From a virus (Duplodnaviria; Caudoviricetes), in IMG/VR virus record IMGVR_UViG_3300027419_000029, positions 6,330 through 70,329 of that record: a stretch of 64,000 bases of DNA. The stretch is one strand, 5' to 3'. The translations under genes and the position numbers were made by a program. Below the pieces are notes generated by a model, which was not told where the DNA came from, did not search any database, and worked only from the letters and a program-made list of their open reading frames with translations. This document shows, in pieces, positions 10,149 through 19,016 of the stretch. Each line of letters starts with the position of its first letter. Position 1 is the stretch's first letter.

Positions 10149-10807
10149 AGTTGTTCCTCCAATTTTCTTACGACAATCAAAAACTCAGGTACATTAAACC
10201 ACCATACAGATTTGTTGGCAAAGCATTCTAATGATTCAACTATGGAACCAGTTTTTTCAATTTTTTTGTTCCACCAAACTTTGTCATGAATTGTGTCATG
10301 ACTTGTGTCCATGTCATCTTCCAGTTCTTCTGTAACAACACGAAGTATCAACCATTTATTTGTTACCCTTAACATTTCAGATAAGACTTTAGAAACATCT
10401 CTTTCGGGTATATGCTCAAGTACATCAAAGCAGGTTACAACATCAAAAGACTTATCACAGAAAGGGATGGATTGAGCTATCCCATGGATTAATTTTTCTT
10501 TAATATCCGGATGCGCTTGACTCAATGCATATTTGGAAGGGTCAATACCGTATGAATCTACACCCAATTCGGATAGCCCTTTAACAATAAATCCTTTGGC
10601 ACAACCAACATCAAGAGTCTTTTTTGGCTGGAATTTACTAAAAATGTGCATAGCGGTTGCTTGGAAGTATGAGCCCAAACGTTCCCAAGAATAATCAGTA
10701 TAATTGCTTTTTTGAGTTTCAATGCCGTTTTCAAAGTAATTACAATCATATATATCAGATAATTTTTCTGCTTTAGTTTTTGGCTTTTCAATAATTTCTT
10801 TATTCAT
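10145..10807 (-). CDS. Class I SAM-dependent methyltransferase (small-molecule/glycan type)
   Basis: Motif I LDVGCAKG, GIDPS, PFCDKSFDVVTCFDVLEHIP; no DNA-MTase DPPY/PC motifs. Confidence 0.85.
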   Translation of the reverse strand: MNKEIIEKPKTKAEKLSDIYDCNYFENGIETQKSNYTDYSWERLGSYFQATAMHIFSKFQPKKTLDVGCAKGFIVKGLSELGVDSYGIDPSKYALSQAHPDIKEKLIHGIAQSIPFCDKSFDVVTCFDVLEHIPERDVSKVLSEMLRVTNKWLILRVVTEELEDDMDTSHDTIHDKVWWNKKIEKTGSIVESLECFANKSVWWFNVPEFLIVVRKLEEQL

Positions 10808-10822
10808 AAGGATCTCCTTTTG

Positions 10823-11977
10823 TTACGCACCGAACTGTCTCAATAAATTTAACCAGTGAGATTTCCATATCTCGATATCAAAACACTCTACAGCTATTTC
10901 ACGGTTACGTTTTCCAAACTTCAAACGAGTTTCTTCATCTTCCGCTAGTACTGTTATATAGTGGTCTAAATTCTCATGGTTAGGGTCATATATTAAGCAA
11001 TTATATCCATGTATGCAAGCGTCTCCAAGCCCACCTACAGGTGTCGTTATAACTGCAAGACCACAAGACATTGATTCAAGTAAAGAAAGTGAAAGGCCTT
11101 CGGTCGAAATAGTTGGTACTAATGCAATATCTGCAGTTTGATAAACCTCTGCCATTTCGTCAGTTGGCTTATGAGTGAATGTTACATTCTTTCTATTTTT
11201 ATGACCATCAGAAAAAGCTTTAGCTGCATTTTCATCATGAGCTTGGCCAACAAGTGTAAAGTTATATTGTGGCAAATTAATAAATGCTTTTGTAACTTCT
11301 GTACTGCCTCTTAATGCAGTTAATCGGCGAGGGAATAGGATATTAATACCCTCCCATGTTTTAGGTACTGGCGCAAACTTTTTCGTATCGACATAATTAT
11401 AGATAATTTGAATTTTTCTTTCTGAACCAGGCATTGTAGCTTGAAGAACTTTTCTGACATTACTATCTACAGAGACAACGACATCAGGTGCGCTAAAGCA
11501 ATACATTTGACGTTTGAAAAATTCTTTTCTTTGCTCATCAGTAAAATTATTGATGATGCTATTACCTTGAATATTGTCCCAATAAATACCATGAGAAATA
11601 GCTATACATGGAGATATCGCATTAGGCCATGCTAGGTAAGTTGCAAAATATATTCTTAAATCAGCTAAAGTGGATAATTCATTAAACTGCCAATTCAGAT
11701 CAGTACAAGTGTGATATTCCCATCCTCCATTATTAGGAATCATATAAAAATCAATGCCTTTATACTTCTTTACGAACGGAATGGTGATGCCTTGAAATGG
11801 TTGATAAACAGTTACCATGTGACCTTGTGATATAAGTAATTCACATAGATCAATTAGCAGCCTTTCAGCCCCACCGAAGATAATTTTATCTTCACCTTGT
11901 ACAATCTTTCCTTCAATAGTTCGCTTAGCCTCTTTAACATCATGGAAAAATGGACCACTTAATATTGCTATTTTCAT
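10823..11977 (-). CDS. Glycosyltransferase, GT-B fold, GT4-like
   Basis: GGAER N-terminal motif; EGLSLSLLE (E-X7-E) and ITTPVGG. Confidence 0.9.
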   Translation of the reverse strand: MKIAILSGPFFHDVKEAKRTIEGKIVQGEDKIIFGGAERLLIDLCELLISQGHMVTVYQPFQGITIPFVKKYKGIDFYMIPNNGGWEYHTCTDLNWQFNELSTLADLRIYFATYLAWPNAISPCIAISHGIYWDNIQGNSIINNFTDEQRKEFFKRQMYCFSAPDVVVSVDSNVRKVLQATMPGSERKIQIIYNYVDTKKFAPVPKTWEGINILFPRRLTALRGSTEVTKAFINLPQYNFTLVGQAHDENAAKAFSDGHKNRKNVTFTHKPTDEMAEVYQTADIALVPTISTEGLSLSLLESMSCGLAVITTPVGGLGDACIHGYNCLIYDPNHENLDHYITVLAEDEETRLKFGKRNREIAVECFDIEIWKSHWLNLLRQFGA

Positions 11978-12101
11978 AAATTTGCCTCCAAATTAATTAT
12001 TTAGTTATGCCTCCATTTAAAATACGCGCCACACAAAGGAAGGATAGGAGGCTTTTTGATTTACCCTGTTTCAAAGTCCTTGTTATTCATGGCGCGCATA
12101 G

Positions 12102-12143
12102 TATATAAAAAGCGAATACCCGTTAAGATAATCGCTTTATATA
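12102..12143 (-). terminator. Intrinsic terminator after the terL/114-aa genes
   Basis: Minus-strand TATATAAAGCGA...TCGCTTTTTATATA. Confidence 0.5.
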
Positions 12144-12155
12144 GCTTAATGATTC

Positions 12156-12500
12156 TTATTCTAAGTCAATTGTTTGTCCTGCCAAATCATGTGTACAATC
12201 TGAAAGATATTCAATCTTGCCATCCCTAACATAGCTATGACATATGCTACATTTGAATGCAGGCGTTTCTTCAGGGTGTTCCTCATAGTAATTACACCAA
12301 CATGAACCTTTATGCTCGGGAATATAATGTCCAGTTCTGGCCATAATTGAAGGACTAAATGTAGGTTTGTCGTAATCCCCGTTAAAGTCCCAATTAACTG
12401 GATAATCTTTGTCAATATTCAATCCATGATATTGTCCACAACCTTTACAGTAGAATGCCACTATTCCAGTTGCTAATATTCTTAATTTACCTTTTTTCAT
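12156..12500 (-). CDS. Zn-binding DUF6527-like phage protein
   Basis: CKGCGQYH...WDFNGDYDKPTFSPSI...CHSYVRDGKIEYLSDCTHDLAGQ pattern. Confidence 0.65.
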   Translation of the reverse strand: MKKGKLRILATGIVAFYCKGCGQYHGLNIDKDYPVNWDFNGDYDKPTFSPSIMARTGHYIPEHKGSCWCNYYEEHPEETPAFKCSICHSYVRDGKIEYLSDCTHDLAGQTIDLE

Positions 12501-12514
12501 GATTACATACCTCG

Positions 12515-14107
12515 TTAATTCCGATTAATTCCACTCATCATCCCCACCCAAGGCAAAGCAAGTAGCGGAGATTCAAATGTAGCAAACAAGAAATAAAGCA
12601 TACTCACAATATCATCATGGCCACTATCTGTTGCATTATGATATTGTGTTGATTGTCCATTTCTTTCTACTGATACATAATCTTTTAATTGGTTTTCAAC
12701 CTCAAGGCTATAAGGTATTTCACACCATTGTTGTTCAACTACAAGTGCAAAATCTTCAACAAGTTTGGCTTTGTTTCCACCTTGTTCGTTTAGAGGATTT
12801 ATATTTAGACCTCTTTTAATTAATTGAGATCCAATTGTTTCACCTAGCCCGGTTTGTCCGTAATTAACAGATGCACCATTGTATATGGTGGAGTAGAATA
12901 GTATTTTATCCCATTGAGCATCCCAAGAAAGTCTTGTCATGGGGTCGATTTTAACGACTCTTCCCTTGCTATCACGGATACCCATTGGTTTACCGTCACC
13001 TTTGGAAGCAGGGTCATAGCCAATAGTATAAACTTCAAACGGATCTACTTTTTCCCATTCAGTCCAAAACTGGGATTTTTCTTCATCAGTCCTGCATGTC
13101 AATGGAGGTTTAATCAAAACCTTCTCATAATTTGGAAAAACTGAGTTGATCTCCATTATGAATTCAGCGAGATAATCTTGTCGGTATCTATCAATAGTCA
13201 TACCCATTTTAATGGATTCTTCAAAGGTTATGTCATTACCTAACGCATCTTGACCTACCACGGTATAGCGTTTAGCCGCCATATATGGGTTATCCCATGT
13301 TGTATAATGGAACATTTCATATTCAGGAGAATATCCGGATGTACCTTTTGTTCCCATCAAGCTTAATTTGTAAAAATAGGTTCTACCTCTAGGAGTAGAA
13401 TTGATTAAGGCAATACCACCAGTACCGTTAGGGCCACGGCCAGGAGAATCAAGTCTTTGTCGTAAGTTTGCCCAAACAACATCTAACTCTCTAACTCTTG
13501 CTCCTTCTGTAATGGTTACAATATCAAGACCAACCCCTACTAATGTTTCGGGATCATCGGCACTATGTACTTCTATAATTCCACCATTAATTGATTCAAT
13601 GGTAAGATTTGAAAGGGATACGTTATATACAAGCTCTTTGGGTAGTAGCTTCTTTAGATCACGCCAGTTTTGACGTGCAAGCGTCATTGTAGGTGCTATT
13701 ATCCACCATAATACGGGAGGATTAACATCTATTGACCGAACTTCATTATCCATTTCGATAAACTTCATAACACCTTCAGCTATAGAACAAAGGTCTTTTC
13801 CAAAGCGGTTTCCACAAACAAGAATTTTAAATCTAGATTTGCTAGCGTGAATTATTTGCTGTGGTGGGTGAGGGGAGTAGTTGATCGTAACTTTTTTGAA
13901 TCCATTGGCATTTGCCATACGACATGGCCCACATGTTTCAAAGTGAGTATATTCGCCAGTTCCATCTTCACCTTTGCTTGGTCTGAAGACTTGAGCAAAT
14001 GGTTGTCCGCATTGTTTACATATACCAGTGCGTTCGCTTGTCGAATGCTTTATGTAGTTTTCGTTTTGACGTTCGATACGACCAACAGAACCACCTTTTC
14101 TAGGCAT
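12515..14107 (-). CDS. terL: Terminase large subunit
   Basis: Walker A-like GNRFGKD, Walker B IVTITE, STPRG motif, nuclease IGYDPA and HDDIV; N-terminal CxxC...CxxC extension. Confidence 0.9.
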   Translation of the reverse strand: MPRKGGSVGRIERQNENYIKHSTSERTGICKQCGQPFAQVFRPSKGEDGTGEYTHFETCGPCRMANANGFKKVTINYSPHPPQQIIHASKSRFKILVCGNRFGKDLCSIAEGVMKFIEMDNEVRSIDVNPPVLWWIIAPTMTLARQNWRDLKKLLPKELVYNVSLSNLTIESINGGIIEVHSADDPETLVGVGLDIVTITEGARVRELDVVWANLRQRLDSPGRGPNGTGGIALINSTPRGRTYFYKLSLMGTKGTSGYSPEYEMFHYTTWDNPYMAAKRYTVVGQDALGNDITFEESIKMGMTIDRYRQDYLAEFIMEINSVFPNYEKVLIKPPLTCRTDEEKSQFWTEWEKVDPFEVYTIGYDPASKGDGKPMGIRDSKGRVVKIDPMTRLSWDAQWDKILFYSTIYNGASVNYGQTGLGETIGSQLIKRGLNINPLNEQGGNKAKLVEDFALVVEQQWCEIPYSLEVENQLKDYVSVERNGQSTQYHNATDSGHDDIVSMLYFLFATFESPLLALPWVGMMSGINRN

Positions 14108-14126
14108 ATACCATCACCTCATTAAT

Positions 14127-14251
14127 TGCATAGGTGAGGATTTGAACCTCACATGAACATTGCAGTAGTTATTAATTTCAGGCTTACAATATTCTCAAGT
14201 CCCTAGCCTTACAACGGACTTTAGCGTCTACACTATATTTCGCCACTATGC
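14127..14251 (-). ncRNA. Non-canonical tRNA-like RNA (125 nt; 6-bp acceptor, 6-bp T-stem, expanded anticodon and variable arms)
   Basis: GCATAG/CTATGC, GCG/CGC D-arm, AAGTCC/GGACTT, GAATATTGTA/TGCAATGTTC, GTGAGG-TTCAAAT-CCTCAC. Confidence 0.65.
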
Positions 14252-14333
14252 GTTTTTAAAACTGATTCCCTGTCAGCTTCCTATCTTCATCCACCTCTCG
14301 CAATCTTACCTAGGCAATCGCGATACACCCCCG

Positions 14334-14408
14334 TACGCCTAAAAGGACTCGAACCTTTGACCGCTCGTATATAAGACGAGAACTCTAACCAAACTGAGTT
14401 ACAGGCGC
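14334..14408 (-). tRNA. tRNA-Ile (anticodon TAT)
   Basis: Complete cloverleaf GCGCCTG...CTCGT-CTTATAT-ACGAG...AAAGG-TTCGAGT-CCTTT-TAGGCGT-A; CCA not encoded. Confidence 0.9.
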
Positions 14409-14455
14409 AAATAAAAAGCACCCTTTAATGAGTGCTTTAAAATCAATATAATTAT

Positions 14456-14752
14456 TTATAGTTTAATCCAATCTCGAATTTCCTTTAAACCTTTGTATGT
14501 TTTCACGAAAGCGCTATTTTGTTCGAGGAAATCAATACCTTTCAAAGTAATTTTGGCCTTATTTAGCCAAACTATCAATTTTTCATCTCTTCCAGCAATG
14601 GCAATGTTGTTAGCATATTCACTGTCTTTAATAATTTTAACAATATCCGCGAATTGACTGTTACTTAATCCATAATCTGTAGCTTTCGGCTCTTGGATAC
14701 CATTTTTGATTTCTAAAAGAATACTATAAATTATTTTTTTTTCGTTCATCAC
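14456..14752 (-). CDS. YjcQ-like protein (moron)
   Basis: KIIYSILLEI...KITLKGIDFLEQNS pattern. Confidence 0.6.
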   Translation of the reverse strand: MMNEKKIIYSILLEIKNGIQEPKATDYGLSNSQFADIVKIIKDSEYANNIAIAGRDEKLIVWLNKAKITLKGIDFLEQNSAFVKTYKGLKEIRDWIKL

Positions 14753-14800
14753 AACCCCCCCTTTTTATAAAGTATATTCTACAGAAAGAGGTGGATTCCT

Positions 14801-15289
14801 TTATTGATTTATGTATGATTGCCAGTTCAACTTACAAAAACCTCTAATGCCTTCACCTGGATTGTATTCAGGATACAATTTCAAGAATTCAGCTTCGCAA
14901 TCCTCGAAAGTATCTCCTTTAATAACACCTTTTTTGATGAGATAGAGTAGGGCGATAGATGCACTACGCGACCTTCCTTCATTGCATACAACTAAAACCA
15001 TTCTTCCCAATTCAAGTTCTTCCTGAATAAAAACCAATGCTGCATCAATAATTTCTTTGCTGAAGAACTCAGCTTTAGGTGCATCAACTAAGTTGAGTAT
15101 TAATTTATTTTCACGTCTAGCAATTAAATACTCTGGATGTGCCTTATCACAAGCCCTACCAGTATAACCAATGGCTTGTCTGTGCCATGGTTCTTTAGCT
15201 GCAAGGACAAAGCTAATATTCTCTTTAAAATCACACAATTCATAATTTGATTGGTTTCCTACAAGTAATCCTTCAAATATTTCCTTCAT
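14801..15289 (-). CDS. Dual-specificity/PTP-superfamily phosphatase
   Basis: Catalytic CX5R loop VCNEGRSRS. Confidence 0.75.
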   Translation of the reverse strand: MKEIFEGLLVGNQSNYELCDFKENISFVLAAKEPWHRQAIGYTGRACDKAHPEYLIARRENKLILNLVDAPKAEFFSKEIIDAALVFIQEELELGRMVLVVCNEGRSRSASIALLYLIKKGVIKGDTFEDCEAEFLKLYPEYNPGEGIRGFCKLNWQSYINQ

Positions 15290-15309
15290 TTTGTTAGCCT
15301 CCTAGATCA

Positions 15310-15576
15310 TTACAAATAAGTGTCAATAGTTCTTTCTCCCATGGCTTTCGCCCAGGTGTTATATTCATCAATGTGATGATTTATTCTTTTCTTATGTAAT
15401 ATAAGTTGCTGTGCATTACATTGCTTAATCTTTTCATAATTTTCAACAGAAGCTGCCAATGATTCAGTATGAAGTGTTTGTTCGTGTAACCATATAGCAA
15501 ATTCTTCAACATACAATTTGTTTGTATCGTCCATAAAATGCCTCCTATAAAAATTCAATATTTTTAACACTGACAA
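15310..15576 (-). CDS. Hypothetical protein
   Basis: 88 aa ORF in the late operon. Confidence 0.4.
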   Translation of the reverse strand: MSVLKILNFYRRHFMDDTNKLYVEEFAIWLHEQTLHTESLAASVENYEKIKQCNAQQLILHKKRINHHIDEYNTWAKAMGERTIDTYL

Positions 15577-15778
15577 GGATTTTGTTACATACCTTGCCAG
15601 TGTCAGTGTCTCTTACAATGTGAATAATTTCATTTACAGTTCCTTGAACCGTTTTTCCATCATCACATGTGAAATTTAGTTCTTCACCAATGCGTGGAAT
15701 TACCATTGAGGTGTATGTAATAATTTCATAACCTACATCATCTGATACACTTATGGTCAGAATAGGTAAGGTTGTCAT
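15545..15778 (-). CDS. Hypothetical protein
   Basis: 77 aa ORF coupled to the holin stop. Confidence 0.45.
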   Translation of the reverse strand: MTTLPILTISVSDDVGYEIITYTSMVIPRIGEELNFTCDDGKTVQGTVNEIIHIVRDTDTGKVCNKILVSVKNIEFL

Positions 15779-16020
15779 TATTGTTCGCCTTTAATTCCCT
15801 GTGCTATATTTTTGACGCCTGAATATAGACCACATGCACCAAGTCCCATTGCGAGGCCCAAAACAACTATCTCTTTGATATCGGTGCCAACTAAAAAACC
15901 TGCGCCAAGACCAAATGCAACGCTAAAAATTGGTATAAACTTTGGATTAACACCTAATTTTTTAATAAGTTCATTCAAACCAATAATTAATGCCACTAAA
16001 CCGATTCCTGCATATTCCAT
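15778..16020 (-). CDS. Holin
   Basis: 80 aa with three hydrophobic segments, GLGACGLYSG, next to the endolysin. Confidence 0.8.
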   Translation of the reverse strand: MEYAGIGLVALIIGLNELIKKLGVNPKFIPIFSVAFGLGAGFLVGTDIKEIVVLGLAMGLGACGLYSGVKNIAQGIKGEQ

Positions 16021-16754
16021 TACATTAAACCTCCTTTTTTTAGTGCATCTTCGATGCGTTTTATTCTATCTTCTAAAGTCTTTATTCTATCCACTAAAGG
16101 CTTTATAAACTTTTCGTATAATCTGTAAATGTAACACATTGTCTTAGGTTCTTCTTCACTTTCAACTTTTCCATCATTAATGCCGCTACTTGTTGCCCAG
16201 TCCCATGCTACTTTTGCCCATGTTGGTACTATAATCAAAGGTTTCACCTCCTTAACTGGATTAGATGTTGGGATCACCGCCTTATCTGGTTGATTGAAGT
16301 AGGGTACAGGATCAATTGCACCGCTTATATTAATATCATCACTAAAAGCATGTGTGCCGTAAGTACCTTTATATAATCCGAAGTGTAAGTGAGTGCCTGT
16401 GCCATGTTCAGATACCACTTTACCAGTGTGTCCCATATATCCAATAACTTGTCCTGCTTCAACTTTGTCACCAACATCAAATAAAAGTGAGGTTTGGTGC
16501 CCGTATAAAGCGTAAAAACCCAGATATTGAATTATAGAGTAATAACCATAACCCGATAACACACCGCCACCATTTACTTTAGATACTACTACTTTTCCAT
16601 TCTCTGCTACAGAATAAAGTTCGTCGCCATCAATGCTAGGCTTAAGCGGAGCAATATCAACTCCAGGGTGGAACGTTCCCCATCTAGGTCCAAAGGGACT
16701 TGTAATAACTTTTGATTTTGTTGGTCTGTTTGTAAGCTTAATCATTTTTAACAC
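16020..16754 (-). CDS. Endolysin, M23 peptidase
   Basis: FHPGVDIA, YGHQ and HLHF zinc motifs; likely ATG at 16745. Confidence 0.85.
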   Translation of the reverse strand: MLKMIKLTNRPTKSKVITSPFGPRWGTFHPGVDIAPLKPSIDGDELYSVAENGKVVVSKVNGGGVLSGYGYYSIIQYLGFYALYGHQTSLLFDVGDKVEAGQVIGYMGHTGKVVSEHGTGTHLHFGLYKGTYGTHAFSDDINISGAIDPVPYFNQPDKAVIPTSNPVKEVKPLIIVPTWAKVAWDWATSSGINDGKVESEEEPKTMCYIYRLYEKFIKPLVDRIKTLEDRIKRIEDALKKGGLM

Positions 16755-16966
16755 CCCAAATCTTTTGTATCAGATTGTTTGATTAGTTTTTTTTTCTTAA
16801 TGCTTGATAACATCCAAAGTTCTCCACCAGTAAATCCAAACCATGCCGTAATTAATGCCACTGGTTCAGATATGCCCAATGATAATAAGTCTAAAAGTCT
16901 ATTAGTAAACCAGATATTTAAAAGGATTACTAAGAGTATAATTAATTTAGAGAATAATCCTTTAAT
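16748..16966 (-). CDS. Unlisted membrane protein (holin-like) with apparent ATT start
   Basis: Hand-translated 72-aa frame (I/M)KGLFSKLIILLVILLNIWFT...ITAWFGFTGGELWMLSSIKKKK, with AGGGAG 7 nt upstream. Confidence 0.55.
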   Translation of the reverse strand: MKGLFSKLIILLVILLNIWFTNRLLDLLSLGISEPVALITAWFGFTGGELWMLSSIKKKKLIKQSDTKDLGC

Positions 16967-16970
16967 GTTA

Positions 16971-17294
16971 TCACTCCCTTTGATCTTTAGAATTCGGTTT
17001 CCGTTCTTTCAATTCGTCAATTCGTTTGTGTGCTTGTTTCGAGCTTTCTTCTACCCTTGTAACTCTTTCTGCTAGATTATTGATAGATTTATTAGTATCT
17101 TTTTGCTCTAATAAGACATCATCAATTCTACGTTTTATGTACTGTGTGTCTGCCATAAGTGTGCCATCTTTATTACCATTGTTGTAATTATCTTTTTTTT
17201 CGCCTTTTTTGTATCCCCAATATCCAAAAAATATTCCGCAAATTGTACCTGTTGCCCCAATTAATGCCAAAATGGTTCCTACATCCATAAGCAT
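16971..17294 (-). CDS. Single-TM plus coiled-coil lysis-region protein (XhlA-like architecture)
   Basis: N-terminal TM helix; RVTRVEESSKQAHKRIDEL. Confidence 0.6.
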   Translation of the reverse strand: MLMDVGTILALIGATGTICGIFFGYWGYKKGEKKDNYNNGNKDGTLMADTQYIKRRIDDVLLEQKDTNKSINNLAERVTRVEESSKQAHKRIDELKERKPNSKDQRE

Positions 17295-17326
17295 CTCCTT
17301 TCATAATAAAAAAGACGTTTTTGTTT

Positions 17327-17854
17327 TTATTGATCTGAAGTGTACGTCTTTAAATAATCTCTTATATAATAAAAAAGCTGATAATAAATAAATAAACCAG
17401 CGTATTTTTTCTCTATAAAATTAACATCTATCCCATATCGATGCCCGAAGGTGAAGAGTGTGCCTAAAAATGATTTCTCGTTTAGATCAGTATCATATTG
17501 ATGATTAATAATCTTTTCATATCCCTGTGATTCCTCAATCATTAATATAAACCTCGACCCTATAGATCGCGTTAACTCACGTTCAAACCTTTCACGCTCT
17601 TTTGAGAGATTGGAACTGATTTCCTCTAGAGAATTCTTTCGTTCAACCGAAATCTTGTCGAAAAACTCTATATCTTTTCCATCTAAGTTCAAAACAGCTG
17701 AATAATCACCAAAATCAAGTTTTTGATACAGATATTTAATTCCTTTGCTGTCAAAGTATTTAGTAATGTGCTGATTTACGTTCTCACGTGTATCTATGAT
17801 GATTGTGATGTTTTCAAGAGCCTTTTTAATTTGTGTATCAGTCAAAGAAAACAC
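17327..17854 (-). CDS. ERCC4-domain nuclease (possible resolvase)
   Basis: IDTRE...GDYS...VERKNSLEE ERKxxxD/E motif. Confidence 0.85.
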   Translation of the reverse strand: MFSLTDTQIKKALENITIIIDTRENVNQHITKYFDSKGIKYLYQKLDFGDYSAVLNLDGKDIEFFDKISVERKNSLEEISSNLSKERERFERELTRSIGSRFILMIEESQGYEKIINHQYDTDLNEKSFLGTLFTFGHRYGIDVNFIEKKYAGLFIYYQLFYYIRDYLKTYTSDQ

Positions 17855-17856
17855 CT

Positions 17857-18369
17857 CTAATCATTCGAAGTTTCAACACCTATAGACATTCTTTCGCCAG
17901 ATGCAGTTTGGAACTGTGCCATTACTTTTGTTCTCTTTCTACCACCTAATTCATCAGCAGTAGTTGGATTCATAAGGTTTTTAAGCGTATTTGCAAGCCT
18001 ATCAGCTGCTTCGGCCATTAATTTCATATCAAATGGGGTTTTAATATTCCCTTTAACTCTCTCAAGAACTTCTTCGCTAGCAATTGAATCAATTATCTTT
18101 TCAAGAGTATTTGCAGTCTTCTTAGCTGTATCAAGTTTCTTATTTTCAACCTCAAGTTCAAGCTTTTGCCTTCGAACACCCAGTTGTTGTTTCATCAATG
18201 ATGTTGTAGATTCGATATCGGTGATCATCTCGATTTTTTGCTCAATTTCTTGTGATGGAGTGATTATTTGACTCTTCATCAATGGATTTTCGCGTAAAAG
18301 TGGTGGTGATATCACTTCAACATCATTGTTGTCCATTATTTCAGGTATAATTTTCTTCTTAGCTGCCAT
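17857..18369 (-). CDS. Hypothetical helical protein, candidate terminase small subunit
   Basis: 170 aa coiled-coil in the late operon; no other terS candidate is seen. Confidence 0.35.
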   Translation of the reverse strand: MAAKKKIIPEIMDNNDVEVISPPLLRENPLMKSQIITPSQEIEQKIEMITDIESTTSLMKQQLGVRRQKLELEVENKKLDTAKKTANTLEKIIDSIASEEVLERVKGNIKTPFDMKLMAEAADRLANTLKNLMNPTTADELGGRKRTKVMAQFQTASGERMSIGVETSND

Positions 18370-18391
18370 ATAATAATCACCATCCAGTTGA

Positions 18392-18871
18392 TTAATTCAT
18401 ATTTTGGGTCATTAGATGAGGTCTTCTTTGAACATATTCTTCTAAGGCTACACTTATTTGGTCCCTATACGAAATCTGAGCAATCGACATTGCATTTGCA
18501 TTATCAACGATCTCTTTAAATGGCTCATAAATCTCATTGAGTATAGGAAAATTGATATATGTATATTTATTTAAATCAGTATATTTAACGGGTCTACCCG
18601 TACTAACCCTTGGTACCTTTCCTGTTCTTTGCCATCGATCAAAGTGACTTTTTAAAATTGCATATGAAAACTCATCGCCTTCCTCAAATTTATGGAATAG
18701 GTGAGCAATTGGTTTTATTGCGCCAATACTTTCAAGCGATTTACCTTTGAATGCATCTTTTATAGTATCTGGTGGAACTTTTAACATTCTGCCTACAGCC
18801 TGAAGACTATAAAATGTTTTTGGTACAGTAATCATTACAATCGCCTCCTTGGAATTGCAAAAGGGACCCAT
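18392..18871 (-). CDS. Putative DNA-binding protein (N-terminal HTH-like)
   Basis: YSLQAVGRMLKVPPDTIK segment. Confidence 0.45.
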   Translation of the reverse strand: MGPFCNSKEAIVMITVPKTFYSLQAVGRMLKVPPDTIKDAFKGKSLESIGAIKPIAHLFHKFEEGDEFSYAILKSHFDRWQRTGKVPRVSTGRPVKYTDLNKYTYINFPILNEIYEPFKEIVDNANAMSIAQISYRDQISVALEEYVQRRPHLMTQNMN

Positions 18872-19016
18872 AATTGAGTCCCTCCGCGTCTTTCAAGCAA
18901 AAACTACTGGGCATCGCCCTTGCTAAAGACTGCTTATATCCGATGTACATACAACGGATTCATTTTAATGCAATTTCCATTCGTATAAGTTTTTATGTTA
19001 AAGGCAACATGGCCTT

